From positions 1,192 through 65,191 of the forward strand of contig JAIXPZ010000083.1 of assembly GCA_027486005.1 (NCBI GenBank): a stretch of 64,000 nucleotides of DNA. Reading direction: 5' to 3'. Source of the DNA: Legionellales bacterium. Lineage in GTDB: Bacteria > Pseudomonadota > Gammaproteobacteria > JAGOUN01. A program made the position numbers and the translations under genes. Below, one piece after another: positions 49,545 through 59,017 of the stretch. The notes under the pieces were generated by a model. It worked only from the letters and a program-made list of their open reading frames with translations, was not told the DNA's origin and did not search any database. Position 1 is the first letter of the stretch; each line of letters begins with the position of its first letter.

Positions 49545-50945
49545 ATGGAAAATTTAAGAATAGGCGTTATTGGTAACATTGGCGTAGGCAAGTCTACCTT
49601 AGTTGAAGCACTAAAATTACCACCGTTTTCTTTGGAGCTTCTTAACCACTTCCCATCGATTGATGGAGATGAGAGTGTTCATAGCTTCAAAGAGCATTTT
49701 AGTAACAATGTCCTCGATGCTTTTTATCAAGATCCCAAAAAACACGCACTTATAGCTCAGCTAGAATTTTTCAATGGCCGCTTAAAAAGACAGTATGAAA
49801 TAGAGCAAGCCCGCGGTATTGTATTAGAAGATAGAACCATTTTTGAAGATTATCATGTATTTGGTAAAGCCCAAAAAATTATGGGACACATGAATGCTCT
49901 TGAATTTGAAGTATATCAAAATAATTACAATTTGATGATGCAAAAAATTGAAGAACCTACTCTGTTAGTTTATTTGAGAGCTGATGTGGATACGATTATG
50001 GGCCGTATTCAAAAGAGAGGTCGTGAGTGCGAGCGAAATATCCCTAGGCCTTATATTGAGTTGCTCAATAGTCTCTATGAGACCTTTATTTCTCGTCATA
50101 CTTCAAGCCCTGTGTTGGTGATTGATGCTCGTCCACGCGCTGATTTAAATGCTTATCTTCGAGAAACAGTAGACAAAATTTCTCTTAAAATTAGAGAATT
50201 AGATTTGCGTGTATGTACACCTGGATTACAGTCTTGGGTGAGATTGCCTGAAACGGAAGCGGCAATTCGTGCCAGTGAGGCTGAACAACGGTTAGAAGAA
50301 TATTTGAAGAAAAATAAAAAGCTTATCACTGTTTCAGGCAATGTCGGGTTAGGAAAGTCAACCGTCGCTGCGTTGATGCAGCGTAGTCTGCGTATTGATG
50401 CAATTTTTGAAAATCCAGAAAAAAATCCACTATTGAACTTATTTCTTAGAAATAAAAAAGAACACTGTTTCGACTTGCAATATCATTTTTTACAAATGCG
50501 TGCTGAACAACGTCGACGTGGCCTTAATAGCGCAACGAGCATGGTGAAAGATCGATCGTTAGCGGAAGATTTGCTAGTTTTCTGTCAGCATTTCCATCAG
50601 TCAGGTTATTTGACTGAAAATCAACTCGATCTGCTGAGTACGGAATTTCATAAAATTAATAAAGAACTTCCTTCCTCCGATCTGATGATAGTTTTGCAAG
50701 GTCGTCCAGAATTGGCGTGGAAACGCATTCAACAGCGCGGCCGGGCGATGGAGGTTGAAGGAGGATGGGGGTTTTCAGATATTCAATCGTTGCATCGTTT
50801 TTATAGCAGTTATCCAGATGACGTTCGAAAGACAGGGTTTCATCAAAAACAAGTATTAGAGCTGAATGTCAACAAATTGGATTTAGCTAATCGCGTGCAT
50901 ATGGGATATATCTTTGAACAAGTCCTTGAAGCATTTAAACGCTAA
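49545..50945 (+). CDS. Fused tandem deoxynucleoside kinase (two complete dNK domains)
   Basis: Domain 1 has 'GNIGVGKSTL', 'LEDRTIFED' and 'RIQKRGRECE'. Domain 2 has 'GNVGLGKSTV', 'VKDRSLAED' and 'RIQQRGRAME'. Confidence 0.85.
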   Translation: MENLRIGVIGNIGVGKSTLVEALKLPPFSLELLNHFPSIDGDESVHSFKEHFSNNVLDAFYQDPKKHALIAQLEFFNGRLKRQYEIEQARGIVLEDRTIFEDYHVFGKAQKIMGHMNALEFEVYQNNYNLMMQKIEEPTLLVYLRADVDTIMGRIQKRGRECERNIPRPYIELLNSLYETFISRHTSSPVLVIDARPRADLNAYLRETVDKISLKIRELDLRVCTPGLQSWVRLPETEAAIRASEAEQRLEEYLKKNKKLITVSGNVGLGKSTVAALMQRSLRIDAIFENPEKNPLLNLFLRNKKEHCFDLQYHFLQMRAEQRRRGLNSATSMVKDRSLAEDLLVFCQHFHQSGYLTENQLDLLSTEFHKINKELPSSDLMIVLQGRPELAWKRIQQRGRAMEVEGGWGFSDIQSLHRFYSSYPDDVRKTGFHQKQVLELNVNKLDLANRVHMGYIFEQVLEAFKR

Positions 50946-50973
50946 TGCGGGCAAATAAGAACAAGGAGGCCGT

Positions 50974-51852
50974 ATGTCACGTCGTTTAGTAGGAGATGGA
51001 ATTTTACTATTTGTTACTTTGTGCTGGGGTATTTCCTTTCCTTTAGTCGGAAATGCAGTCGCGACAGTCGACCCGTCTGTTTTTGTCATGGTGAGATTTA
51101 TACTTGCGGCAGTTATTTTATTACCTTTTGTTGTTATGGAGATTAAAAAAGGAACAAAAAACGTGCTTTTGGCTGGAGTGGTACTGGGCGCTCTTAATAC
51201 TGTAGTTTATGTTTCATAAACGATCGGTATGCAAACACTTACATCTGCGCAAGGTTCTTTTATAACTGGCATCAGTGTTGTACTTGTTCCATTCATTTTA
51301 CCGTTATTTTTTCTGGGAAAGCCGAGATTAAAAGATATATTATGCTCGTTACTTTGTTTTCTCGGGTTATTTTTTTTAGTAAAAGATGACCTTTCTCATA
51401 TTGGTTCTGGAGCTTTGTGGGTTCTTCTGTGTGCATTTTTTGTCGCCGTGACCATTATTTATTTACAAAAAGTGTCGTCAAATTTATCTTATTTGGCACT
51501 GTTAGCTTTTTATCAAATAGTTTTCACAGCAGTTTTTACAGCGCCGTTCACTTTAGGGAAATGCGTTCATACCTTGTTGTCTTCTGAAGTTGCTGTTGCA
51601 ATATTATTTTGCGCTGTTTTTGCAACAAGTATTGCTTTACTTCTTCAGACAAAATATCAACATTATACTACTGCAAATAGAGCTGCGATGATTTTTTGTT
51701 TTGAGCCTATTTTTGGCTCGTTATTTGGTTATTTAATCAATGGAGAAAAAATTGGCTGGCCAATATTTTTTGGAGGAGTATGTATCTTTTTTGGAATTAT
51801 TCTTTCATTGCTCAATATTAATAAAAAAGGCATTATAGAATGCGAAGTATAA
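50974..51852 (+). pseudogene. EamA/DMT family transporter interrupted by a single in-frame TAA (51217-51219)
   Basis: ORFs 50974-51219 and 51229-51852 are in the same frame. Read through, they give one about 290-aa 10-TM EamA protein ('...NTVVYVS*TIGMQTLTSAQGSFITG...'). Confidence 0.75.
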
Positions 51853-52005
51853 ACAATAAAAAAATCAAAAATTTATTTGACAATCGAATAAAAACGTTTA
51901 TTCTATAAATCTCAAATCCTTTCCTCTCGAAATTTTCAAAAAACTCTTTTAGAAATTTTACTAAAAACTAATCATTTTTAATTCTCATCCTTTGGGAGAT
52001 CCATT

Positions 52006-52311
52006 GTGAGAAAAGTTCAGTATTTCTTAAAAAAAATCATTCGGCAGTGGGCAGCTCTATTTCTACTACCTAGTACGACATTTGCTTATAGCAGCAGCGA
52101 TGACACGCTGACCACTGTATTAACCAATGCGGTTGATTATGCTCAATCTGGTCCAGCTCGGGCATTATGTGTGTTAGCAATAGCTGGCGCAGGTTATTTG
52201 TGGATTGGTAAAGGCGCTATGCCAAAATCTTATGCGATCGCTATTATGTGTGGAGCAGGGTTTATTTTTGGTGCCGGTTTTATCGGTAGCAAAGTGTTGG
52301 GGCTAATCTAA
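52006..52311 (+). CDS. virB2: Type IV secretion pilin VirB2/TrbC family
   Basis: Long signal peptide followed by two hydrophobic helices ('ALCVLAIAGAGYLWIG', 'AIMCGAGFIFGAGFIG'). First gene of the virB cluster; GTG start. Confidence 0.8.
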   Translation: MRKVQYFLKKIIRQWAALFLLPSTTFAYSSSDDTLTTVLTNAVDYAQSGPARALCVLAIAGAGYLWIGKGAMPKSYAIAIMCGAGFIFGAGFIGSKVLGLI

Positions 52312-52601
52312 TGCAACAAGAAGAAATTCGTATCCATCCGATCTATTCTGGAATGACGCGTCCGCCAATGTTTCTGGGTATTACATTAGATTATCTTATG
52401 CTTACAACATTCGTGACTATGGTGGCGTTTATGTTAACGAATACAACAGAGTTTCTAGTGTTGTATATTCCATTTCATCTTATTGGCTGGATCGGATGTA
52501 AGCTCGATCCGAATTTTTTTCGAGTACTAATGAAAAAAACTATTTGTCACGGTGTTCCAAATAAATCGTTATGGGGATGTCAAACTTATGAGCCATTCTA
52601 A
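52311..52601 (+). CDS. virB3: Type IV secretion protein VirB3
   Basis: 'IYSGMTRPPMFLGITLDY' VirB3 motif; 96 aa. The start overlaps the virB2 stop. Confidence 0.85.
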   Translation: MQQEEIRIHPIYSGMTRPPMFLGITLDYLMLTTFVTMVAFMLTNTTEFLVLYIPFHLIGWIGCKLDPNFFRVLMKKTICHGVPNKSLWGCQTYEPF

Positions 52602-55071
52602 TTTGATGCAAGCTATTCGCAAAGAAGCAGGTATTTCAACACACATTCCAGTGACACATTTGAACTCACCGACTGTAGCTGAAACACAAGATGGAATAGT
52701 GTTTTCCGTGCTCAAAGTCGATGGAGTTCCGTTTCAAACTGAGCGTAATGAAAGCATTAATCACTGGAATAATTTGTGGCAACGATTAGTCGCTTCTTTA
52801 GATGAAAATATTTGTTTAACAGTGACAATTCACAGAAAAAAAGTGAATCATCATTTAGAAGGTGCGTTTACTAATGAAACATTACAAAACATTAATGATG
52901 CGTATATGCAGCGCTTTCAATCACGCGCATTATTTAGTAATACTATTTATATAACAATTCTTTATCGCGGTCTAAATTCGGGAAAGGTCGGTAAAAGTAT
53001 TCAATTATGGAATCGCTTGTCAGACAGTGTTGCAAAAGAAGCTCGACAATATCGACGTCGCCAGCAAATGCGAGAATTGGAAAAGATCGTAGATCGCATG
53101 GCTGGGGTTTTATCAATTTTTAAGCCAGCTATTTTAGGTAGTCGGGATAATGAAGACACTCATAGTGAGTTGCTTGAATTTCTAAGTATTGTGATTAATG
53201 GTGGGAAAGGACAAGTTTTACCTAATCATGGAAATTTTTCTCCGGTATCCAATTCTATTGCAGATAACATCAAAATTGCGATGCGGTATCCTTACGGTAA
53301 CCTTGCTCAGTATTTGCCAATAAATCGAATTTTCTTTGGTGAATCTATTCAATTTCAAGGTCTTACTCAGAATGATAATCGTTTTGGCAGTATATTGAGT
53401 ATTAAATCCTATCCAGAAGAAAGTGCTAGTGTGGCGCTGAATACGCTGATGCATTTAGAAGGGGAGTGGATTAGTACGCATACTTTTGCGATTGAAGCTA
53501 AAGATGTCATGATGAAAAAAGTCAAACTTCAAGGCAATAAATTAAAAAATGTTAATGATGCAGGTTTGTCACAAATTGATGCACTAGGTTCATTACAAGA
53601 ATTAATCCAAACTGGCGCTGCAAATGCAGGATATCATCATCATACTTTAATGGTTTTAGCTGATGATCAATCTACTTTAGATTATTTAACTCATCAAGCA
53701 GCCCGCTGTTACTTAGAGGTTGGCTTTCCGATTGTGCGTGAAACGCTGGGGCAAGAAGCTGCATTCTGGGCGCAAATTCCTGGAAATCTCCATTATATTG
53801 CTCGCAGCTGCTTAATTACCTCACAAAACTTTGCTGATTTTTGTCCATTACATAATTATCACGTGGGATATCGTGATGGTAATCATTTAGGCGAAGCGGT
53901 AACGTTGCTTGAAACAACGTCTAAAACAGCTTATTTTTTTAATTTTCATAAATCTGGTTCAAAAACTGAAATGACGCCAGGGCATACTACTATTATTGGG
54001 AGTAACGGTGCTGGAAAAACCGTTTTAATGACATTTTTAGATGCGCAAGTTTCGCGCTATCACGGCAGAAGTGTTTTCTTTGATCGTGATCGCGGCGCAG
54101 AAATCTATGTTCGTGCTAGTGGTGGTGTTTATTCAATTCTTTCACCAGATCATCCAGAAGAAAGCTGTTTCAATCCATTGCTGTTAGAAGACACTGCAGT
54201 TAATCGACAGTTTTGTCAAGATTGGCTAGCACAGCTCTGTAAAAAAGAAAGCGAAACTACCTTAGACGCTGAATTGCTAGAACCTCTATCGACTTGCATT
54301 GATTATGCTTTTGAAAAATTATTACCAGAACACAGACAACTTTCTAATGCGATTCAAGTTATCCCAATTAATTTTCCACGATGGCCACAGCTACGACGTT
54401 GGTTAAAAGCAGAGGGTAAACGTGAAGCTGGTACCTATGGTTATTTATTTGATAATTACAAAGATTCATTACAATCTGCCGACAAAATTGGCTTTGATAT
54501 GACACATTTCCTAGATAATGAACCACCACAAGTGCGTACCGCTTTATTAATGTATTTATTTCACTGGATACGTTCTAAGCTAGATGGCCGATTAATGGCA
54601 ATTTGGCTAGATGAAGCCTGGCAATATTTTACTGATCCGTATTGGGAAGGCGAGTTAAAGAAAACATTGCCAACATTTAGAAAACTGAATGCTTTTCTCG
54701 TCATGGCTACTCAGTCTGCTTCCAGTGTCGCACAATCGTCATTGCGTAATATAATATTGGACAATAGCGCAACGCAAATTTTCTTCCCAAATCCAGATGG
54801 GCGATCCGAATATTATCAAGAAGGATTTAGTTTAACTGAGTCAGAATTTCTATTTATTAAAGAAAATGAAGCTAAAAGTAGACAATTTTTGGTAAAACAA
54901 GGTCATGGTTCTGTCATTGTCAGGCTTGACTTGGGTCATATGCGTCATTTGATTGGCATCCTTTCAGCTGATAAAAAATCAATTCAACGCGTTGATCAGT
55001 TACGGCAGAAATATGGTAATGAGCCCCAAAATTGGTTGCCGTACTTTATAAAAAAAGACGATATTGTATGA
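52588..55071 (+). CDS. virB4: Type IV secretion ATPase VirB4
   Basis: Walker A 'GSNGAGKTV' and Walker B 'AIWLDEAW'; about 827 aa from the ATG at 52588. Confidence 0.93.
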   Translation: MSHSNLMQAIRKEAGISTHIPVTHLNSPTVAETQDGIVFSVLKVDGVPFQTERNESINHWNNLWQRLVASLDENICLTVTIHRKKVNHHLEGAFTNETLQNINDAYMQRFQSRALFSNTIYITILYRGLNSGKVGKSIQLWNRLSDSVAKEARQYRRRQQMRELEKIVDRMAGVLSIFKPAILGSRDNEDTHSELLEFLSIVINGGKGQVLPNHGNFSPVSNSIADNIKIAMRYPYGNLAQYLPINRIFFGESIQFQGLTQNDNRFGSILSIKSYPEESASVALNTLMHLEGEWISTHTFAIEAKDVMMKKVKLQGNKLKNVNDAGLSQIDALGSLQELIQTGAANAGYHHHTLMVLADDQSTLDYLTHQAARCYLEVGFPIVRETLGQEAAFWAQIPGNLHYIARSCLITSQNFADFCPLHNYHVGYRDGNHLGEAVTLLETTSKTAYFFNFHKSGSKTEMTPGHTTIIGSNGAGKTVLMTFLDAQVSRYHGRSVFFDRDRGAEIYVRASGGVYSILSPDHPEESCFNPLLLEDTAVNRQFCQDWLAQLCKKESETTLDAELLEPLSTCIDYAFEKLLPEHRQLSNAIQVIPINFPRWPQLRRWLKAEGKREAGTYGYLFDNYKDSLQSADKIGFDMTHFLDNEPPQVRTALLMYLFHWIRSKLDGRLMAIWLDEAWQYFTDPYWEGELKKTLPTFRKLNAFLVMATQSASSVAQSSLRNIILDNSATQIFFPNPDGRSEYYQEGFSLTESEFLFIKENEAKSRQFLVKQGHGSVIVRLDLGHMRHLIGILSADKKSIQRVDQLRQKYGNEPQNWLPYFIKKDDIV

Positions 55072-55769
55072 AAAAATATATTACAACTATCCTATCAGTT
55101 TGCATGTTGTTTTCACTTAGCCATGTCTTTGCAAATGATGCAGCTGAAGCAGATATGGTTCTTCTTCTTACAGAAATTGAAGAATTAAATTCTTTAATGG
55201 AAGGTTATCAAGTCGCCATGAAAGGATATGAAGAAATTATGCAAGGAGATATCAATAACCAATTAAAATCGATTACGGGTACAAACACTTTTGGAAGCTT
55301 GTTAAATGGTGAGAGTGACCAAGAAGCCAGAGAATGGTCTCCAGAAGAATGGGCCCAAGCTGTCTCTGGTGGAAATAATGATCGCTACAATGAGTTGCTA
55401 AAAAGTTATCAGGATCTACATCCTACATTAAATACATCAGAAGCCAGTTCTGGCATGAGCTCTTCATATGCAACAGACTACCAGCAACAAGTGGATACTA
55501 ATCAAGCAGCAAGTACTCAAGCAACTTATGCGTTTAATGATACTAATAAACATTTAGAAAATATTAAAACACTTTCTGATGAAATTGATAAGGCTGAAGA
55601 TACTAAGCATATACAAGACTTAAACGCGCGTTTAAATACTGAAATTGCCTATCTGCAAGTAGAAGTTATCAAAGGACTAGCGGTTGTTAATGAACAACTT
55701 GCCCAGCAACAAGCGACTGAAATCCACGATCGTACCGAAGCTGCAAAATTTAACCAAATACCTGAGTAA
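55068..55769 (+). CDS. virB5: VirB5-like minor pilin or adhesin component
   Basis: The ATG overlaps the virB4 stop. It has a signal peptide, about 233 aa, and is helical and coiled. Assigned mainly from position and size. Confidence 0.65.
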   Translation: MKKYITTILSVCMLFSLSHVFANDAAEADMVLLLTEIEELNSLMEGYQVAMKGYEEIMQGDINNQLKSITGTNTFGSLLNGESDQEAREWSPEEWAQAVSGGNNDRYNELLKSYQDLHPTLNTSEASSGMSSSYATDYQQQVDTNQAASTQATYAFNDTNKHLENIKTLSDEIDKAEDTKHIQDLNARLNTEIAYLQVEVIKGLAVVNEQLAQQQATEIHDRTEAAKFNQIPE

Positions 55770-55785
55770 CCAACAAGGAGAAGCC

Positions 55786-55947
55786 ATGAAAGAAAAGAAA
55801 CTAAGAACGTACCTACTAGCACTAGTACTCTCGTGTAGTGCGCTAATGACCAGTTGCGCATCCGATAATCTAAAGGCGCCATGTCCAGACTATGGAAAAA
55901 ATTGCGATAGCACGCCAGTGAATAGCTGGGATACGTCAACTGTTTAA
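55786..55947 (+). CDS. virB7: VirB7-like small lipoprotein (53 aa)
   Basis: Lipobox 'LMTSC' and a conserved 'PVN' motif in 'CDSTPVNSW', comparable to the VirB9-binding P[ILV]N motif of VirB7/TraN. AAGGAG RBS. Confidence 0.6.
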   Translation: MKEKKLRTYLLALVLSCSALMTSCASDNLKAPCPDYGKNCDSTPVNSWDTSTV

Positions 55948-55975
55948 CTACATAATTTAATATAAGGAGAACACA

Positions 55976-56362
55976 ATGAAAAAATCATTAATATTATTCA
56001 CTATTGCAGCAATCATTGGTTTAACAGCTTGTTCGCATGAAAATCCTATGGAAACACAATCACAGCAAGATACAGCTAAGTTTTTGATAGCAGCTTCAAT
56101 ATACGCTTCAGACAAAATGAAATTTAATATTTCTGTTTTAGAGAAAAGTTTGCGATATGGAGATTGCGTATTAAACCATATGATAGATTCGAGCTTTTGC
56201 CCAAAATTCTATGATTACATGATTGAATACGCTGATCAATCAGGCTCTAGCTTCTCCAGTATTACTATTGAAGATTTGAAGGATAGGGAAATATATAGAA
56301 GTGTTGAAAAAACCTATTTTGATACTGCACTAAAAACCATAAAAATTACTAAGAAAAAATAA
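55976..56362 (+). CDS. T4SS-associated lipoprotein, paralog 1 (128 aa; possible entry-exclusion or accessory protein)
   Basis: Lipobox 'GLTAC' followed by 'SHENP'. Paralogous to 61156-61533. Lies between virB7 and virB6. Confidence 0.7.
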   Translation: MKKSLILFTIAAIIGLTACSHENPMETQSQQDTAKFLIAASIYASDKMKFNISVLEKSLRYGDCVLNHMIDSSFCPKFYDYMIEYADQSGSSFSSITIEDLKDREIYRSVEKTYFDTALKTIKITKKK

Positions 56363-56363
56363 A

Positions 56364-57395
56364 ATGCCAAATTATGCAACTCTTGTTTATGACATTCTAG
56401 ATAAAGTTGACGATATTCTCAAGGAATTTGTCTATGACGGATATCAGGGATTAGTTGATTATTTAGAGGAACCCTTGGGAGCTGCCATTGTTCTTTTTTT
56501 TGTTTGTTATGGCATGGCAATTTCACAAGGTTGGATTAAGGGGTCTGTATCTGGGTTAACACGCTCTGTATTTAAAATAGGCGTTATTTATTTTCTTGGT
56601 ATGAACTGGAGCCATTTTAGTCTATATGTTTATGATCTCTTTTATAAAGGAGCAAGTGAAATTGGATCAGCAATATTAACTGCTTCTCCAATTCAATGGA
56701 CATCAACGGGAGAAGCTGGGGTTAATGGTGGATTGCAATATGTTTTGATTGAGATTTGGAAGATTGCTCAATGGATTTTTGATAATGGAGGTATCACAAA
56801 TCCTGGGCCATGGCTTGGTGGTGTATTGATGGGATTAGTCGGACTGTTTTTGGTGGGTATAGCTTTATTAGAAATAGTTATCGCCAAGTGTATGTTATCA
56901 ATCCTTTTTGTCACGGCTCCATTATTTATTGCATTTACTTTATTCGAACCTACTCAAACCTTTTTTGACCGTTGGTTAGGAGCTTGCGTGGGTTATGCTT
57001 CCTTAATGATTTTCATCTGTTCTGGCTTGGGGATTGTGATTGCTCTTGACCAATGGATTTTAGAGGAGATATATCAATCAGGAGCAAAAAATATGACATG
57101 GATCGACACAGGAACAGCAATTTTAGTCACCTGGGTTTGCATCGGGATTATTAAGCGGATTGCAGCGCTAGCAATGGCTATTGGTGGAACAATTACCACT
57201 ATTAGTGCCGATGAAATGATCGCTGGTTCAGTAGGTAGCGTGTTGTCTTGGGTGAACGATGGAAAAATTTCAGCACATCGTGAACGCAAATTCCGTTCCT
57301 TTCAAGCGAGAGAAAGACATGATAAGCATCAAAACAATAGCATAATCAAACATGTTATGCGAAAAATGCGTCGCGGCGATGAAGAGTATAATTAA
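56364..57395 (+). CDS. virB6: Type IV secretion inner-membrane protein VirB6/TrbL family
   Basis: 343 aa, polytopic with about 6-7 TM, in the expected position in the virB operon. Confidence 0.85.
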   Translation: MPNYATLVYDILDKVDDILKEFVYDGYQGLVDYLEEPLGAAIVLFFVCYGMAISQGWIKGSVSGLTRSVFKIGVIYFLGMNWSHFSLYVYDLFYKGASEIGSAILTASPIQWTSTGEAGVNGGLQYVLIEIWKIAQWIFDNGGITNPGPWLGGVLMGLVGLFLVGIALLEIVIAKCMLSILFVTAPLFIAFTLFEPTQTFFDRWLGACVGYASLMIFICSGLGIVIALDQWILEEIYQSGAKNMTWIDTGTAILVTWVCIGIIKRIAALAMAIGGTITTISADEMIAGSVGSVLSWVNDGKISAHRERKFRSFQARERHDKHQNNSIIKHVMRKMRRGDEEYN

Positions 57396-57413
57396 AAATA
57401 ATAAAGGTAAATA

Positions 57414-58178
57414 ATGAAAAATATATTGAGTAAATTTTGCTTTTCTAAACCAGAAAGAATAAAAAAATCTCCTCAAGAAATCAATAATGAAAATTATTTT
57501 CAATTAGCAGCATCTTGGTCAGATGATTACTATGCTCGTTTGGCAAGCTCTAAACATCGATATCAGATTGCATTTCTAGCAGCTATGGGCTTATGTTCGT
57601 TACTTACAGTAAGCGTAATGATTCTTTCGCATACGCATCAATATATTCCATTGCTTGTGCATCATTATGATAGTGGCGCTGTATCAGTATCACCCGCGTC
57701 GCAAACTGGCGCACCAAAAAATCAAGCTGAAGTAGAAAGTGATTTAGTCCGTTATATTATTAGCCGTGAATCTTATGATCCAGCATCATTTACTGAACAA
57801 TACCAACTAGTAGCGCTACTATCAGATTCAACTGTGGCGCATGCTTACCAAGCTCAGCAAAATGCGGATGATGATCAGGCGTTTATTCATAGATTTGGCA
57901 ATAAAGCAGTCAGATCGGTAAAAATTGAAGATGTTAACTTTCTTGATAATGAAGATAAAAATGCTAATGAAAAACGTGAAAAAAATCATAAAAATCTTGC
58001 GGAAATCCATTTTACGGTAACCGATAAAAATCTGTCTTCAGGTAAAGAAAGTAAAACTCCTTACGTAGCCATTGTTTCTTGGGATTATGGTGGAATTCCT
58101 AATGATCCAGAAGTTCGCTGGATGAATTGGAATGGTTTTACAGTAACAAGTTATCAGCGTAATCAACGAATAGTATAG
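57414..58178 (+). CDS. virB8: Type IV secretion protein VirB8
   Basis: Single TM, followed by 'IPLLVHHYDSGAVSV' and 'LVRYIISRESYD' (VirB8 NTF2-like domain pattern). Confidence 0.85.
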   Translation: MKNILSKFCFSKPERIKKSPQEINNENYFQLAASWSDDYYARLASSKHRYQIAFLAAMGLCSLLTVSVMILSHTHQYIPLLVHHYDSGAVSVSPASQTGAPKNQAEVESDLVRYIISRESYDPASFTEQYQLVALLSDSTVAHAYQAQQNADDDQAFIHRFGNKAVRSVKIEDVNFLDNEDKNANEKREKNHKNLAEIHFTVTDKNLSSGKESKTPYVAIVSWDYGGIPNDPEVRWMNWNGFTVTSYQRNQRIV

Positions 58179-58210
58179 AAAATTTTATTATTGACTGAGG
58201 AGTTTATCAA

Positions 58211-59017
58211 ATGAAGAAAATATTAATATTGTGCGGCTTAGCTTTTGGATTAAGTGTGACTTCTGCAGTTTTAGCCGAAATAGTTCCAAAAGAAATGATG
58301 GAGGATAGACGTGTCAAGCAAGTAGAATATCAGAAAAACAATGTGGTGACTATTCATGGCCAAGCATTCATAAGTACTCAAATTATTTTTGGTAGTGATG
58401 AATCTATTCTTGATGTACAAGGGGGGGATGAAGCGGGTTGGACGGTACATGTTGATAAAGTTCTTCCTTATATTTTAAATATTAAACCAACACTATTTAA
58501 CTCTAATACTAACCTTGCAGTTGTCACTTCAGATAATAAAAGCGATAAGCGTATTTATCGTTTCCATTTGCTTATGGGTAATCAAATAGGATCAGATGAT
58601 GAAAAACCAACTTATGCTGTTGAGTTTGTTTATCCTGATAAAGAAAAAGAAAAATTGGAAGACACGCTAAATTATTTACAACGGCAAAAAGATACTATTA
58701 TTAATTCTTCTAAAAAACCAGGGGATTATCATTGGGATTATAGCTTTAGTGGTGATAAAGAAATTATGCCATTTCATGCTTTTGACGATGGTCAGTTTAC
58801 CTATTTTCAGTTGCGCCCTGGGCAAACTGTCCCAGCAGTTTTTGCTGTAGATAATGCTGCAGGCGAAGAGTCAGTAGTAAATACACGTACGGAAGGTGAT
58901 TATTTGGTTGTTCAACAACTTGCTCCTCAGTTTACCTTGCGCCAAGGCCGATATCATATTGCCAGCATTTTCAATAATTCTGCCATTAAAAAAATTCGTG
59001 AAAATGGGGGTAATTGA
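58211..59017 (+). CDS. virB9: Type IV secretion outer-membrane core protein VirB9
   Basis: Signal peptide; 'TQIIFGSDESILDVQGGDEAGWTV...IKP...TNLAVVT...RIYRFHL'. Confidence 0.9.
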   Translation: MKKILILCGLAFGLSVTSAVLAEIVPKEMMEDRRVKQVEYQKNNVVTIHGQAFISTQIIFGSDESILDVQGGDEAGWTVHVDKVLPYILNIKPTLFNSNTNLAVVTSDNKSDKRIYRFHLLMGNQIGSDDEKPTYAVEFVYPDKEKEKLEDTLNYLQRQKDTIINSSKKPGDYHWDYSFSGDKEIMPFHAFDDGQFTYFQLRPGQTVPAVFAVDNAAGEESVVNTRTEGDYLVVQQLAPQFTLRQGRYHIASIFNNSAIKKIRENGGN

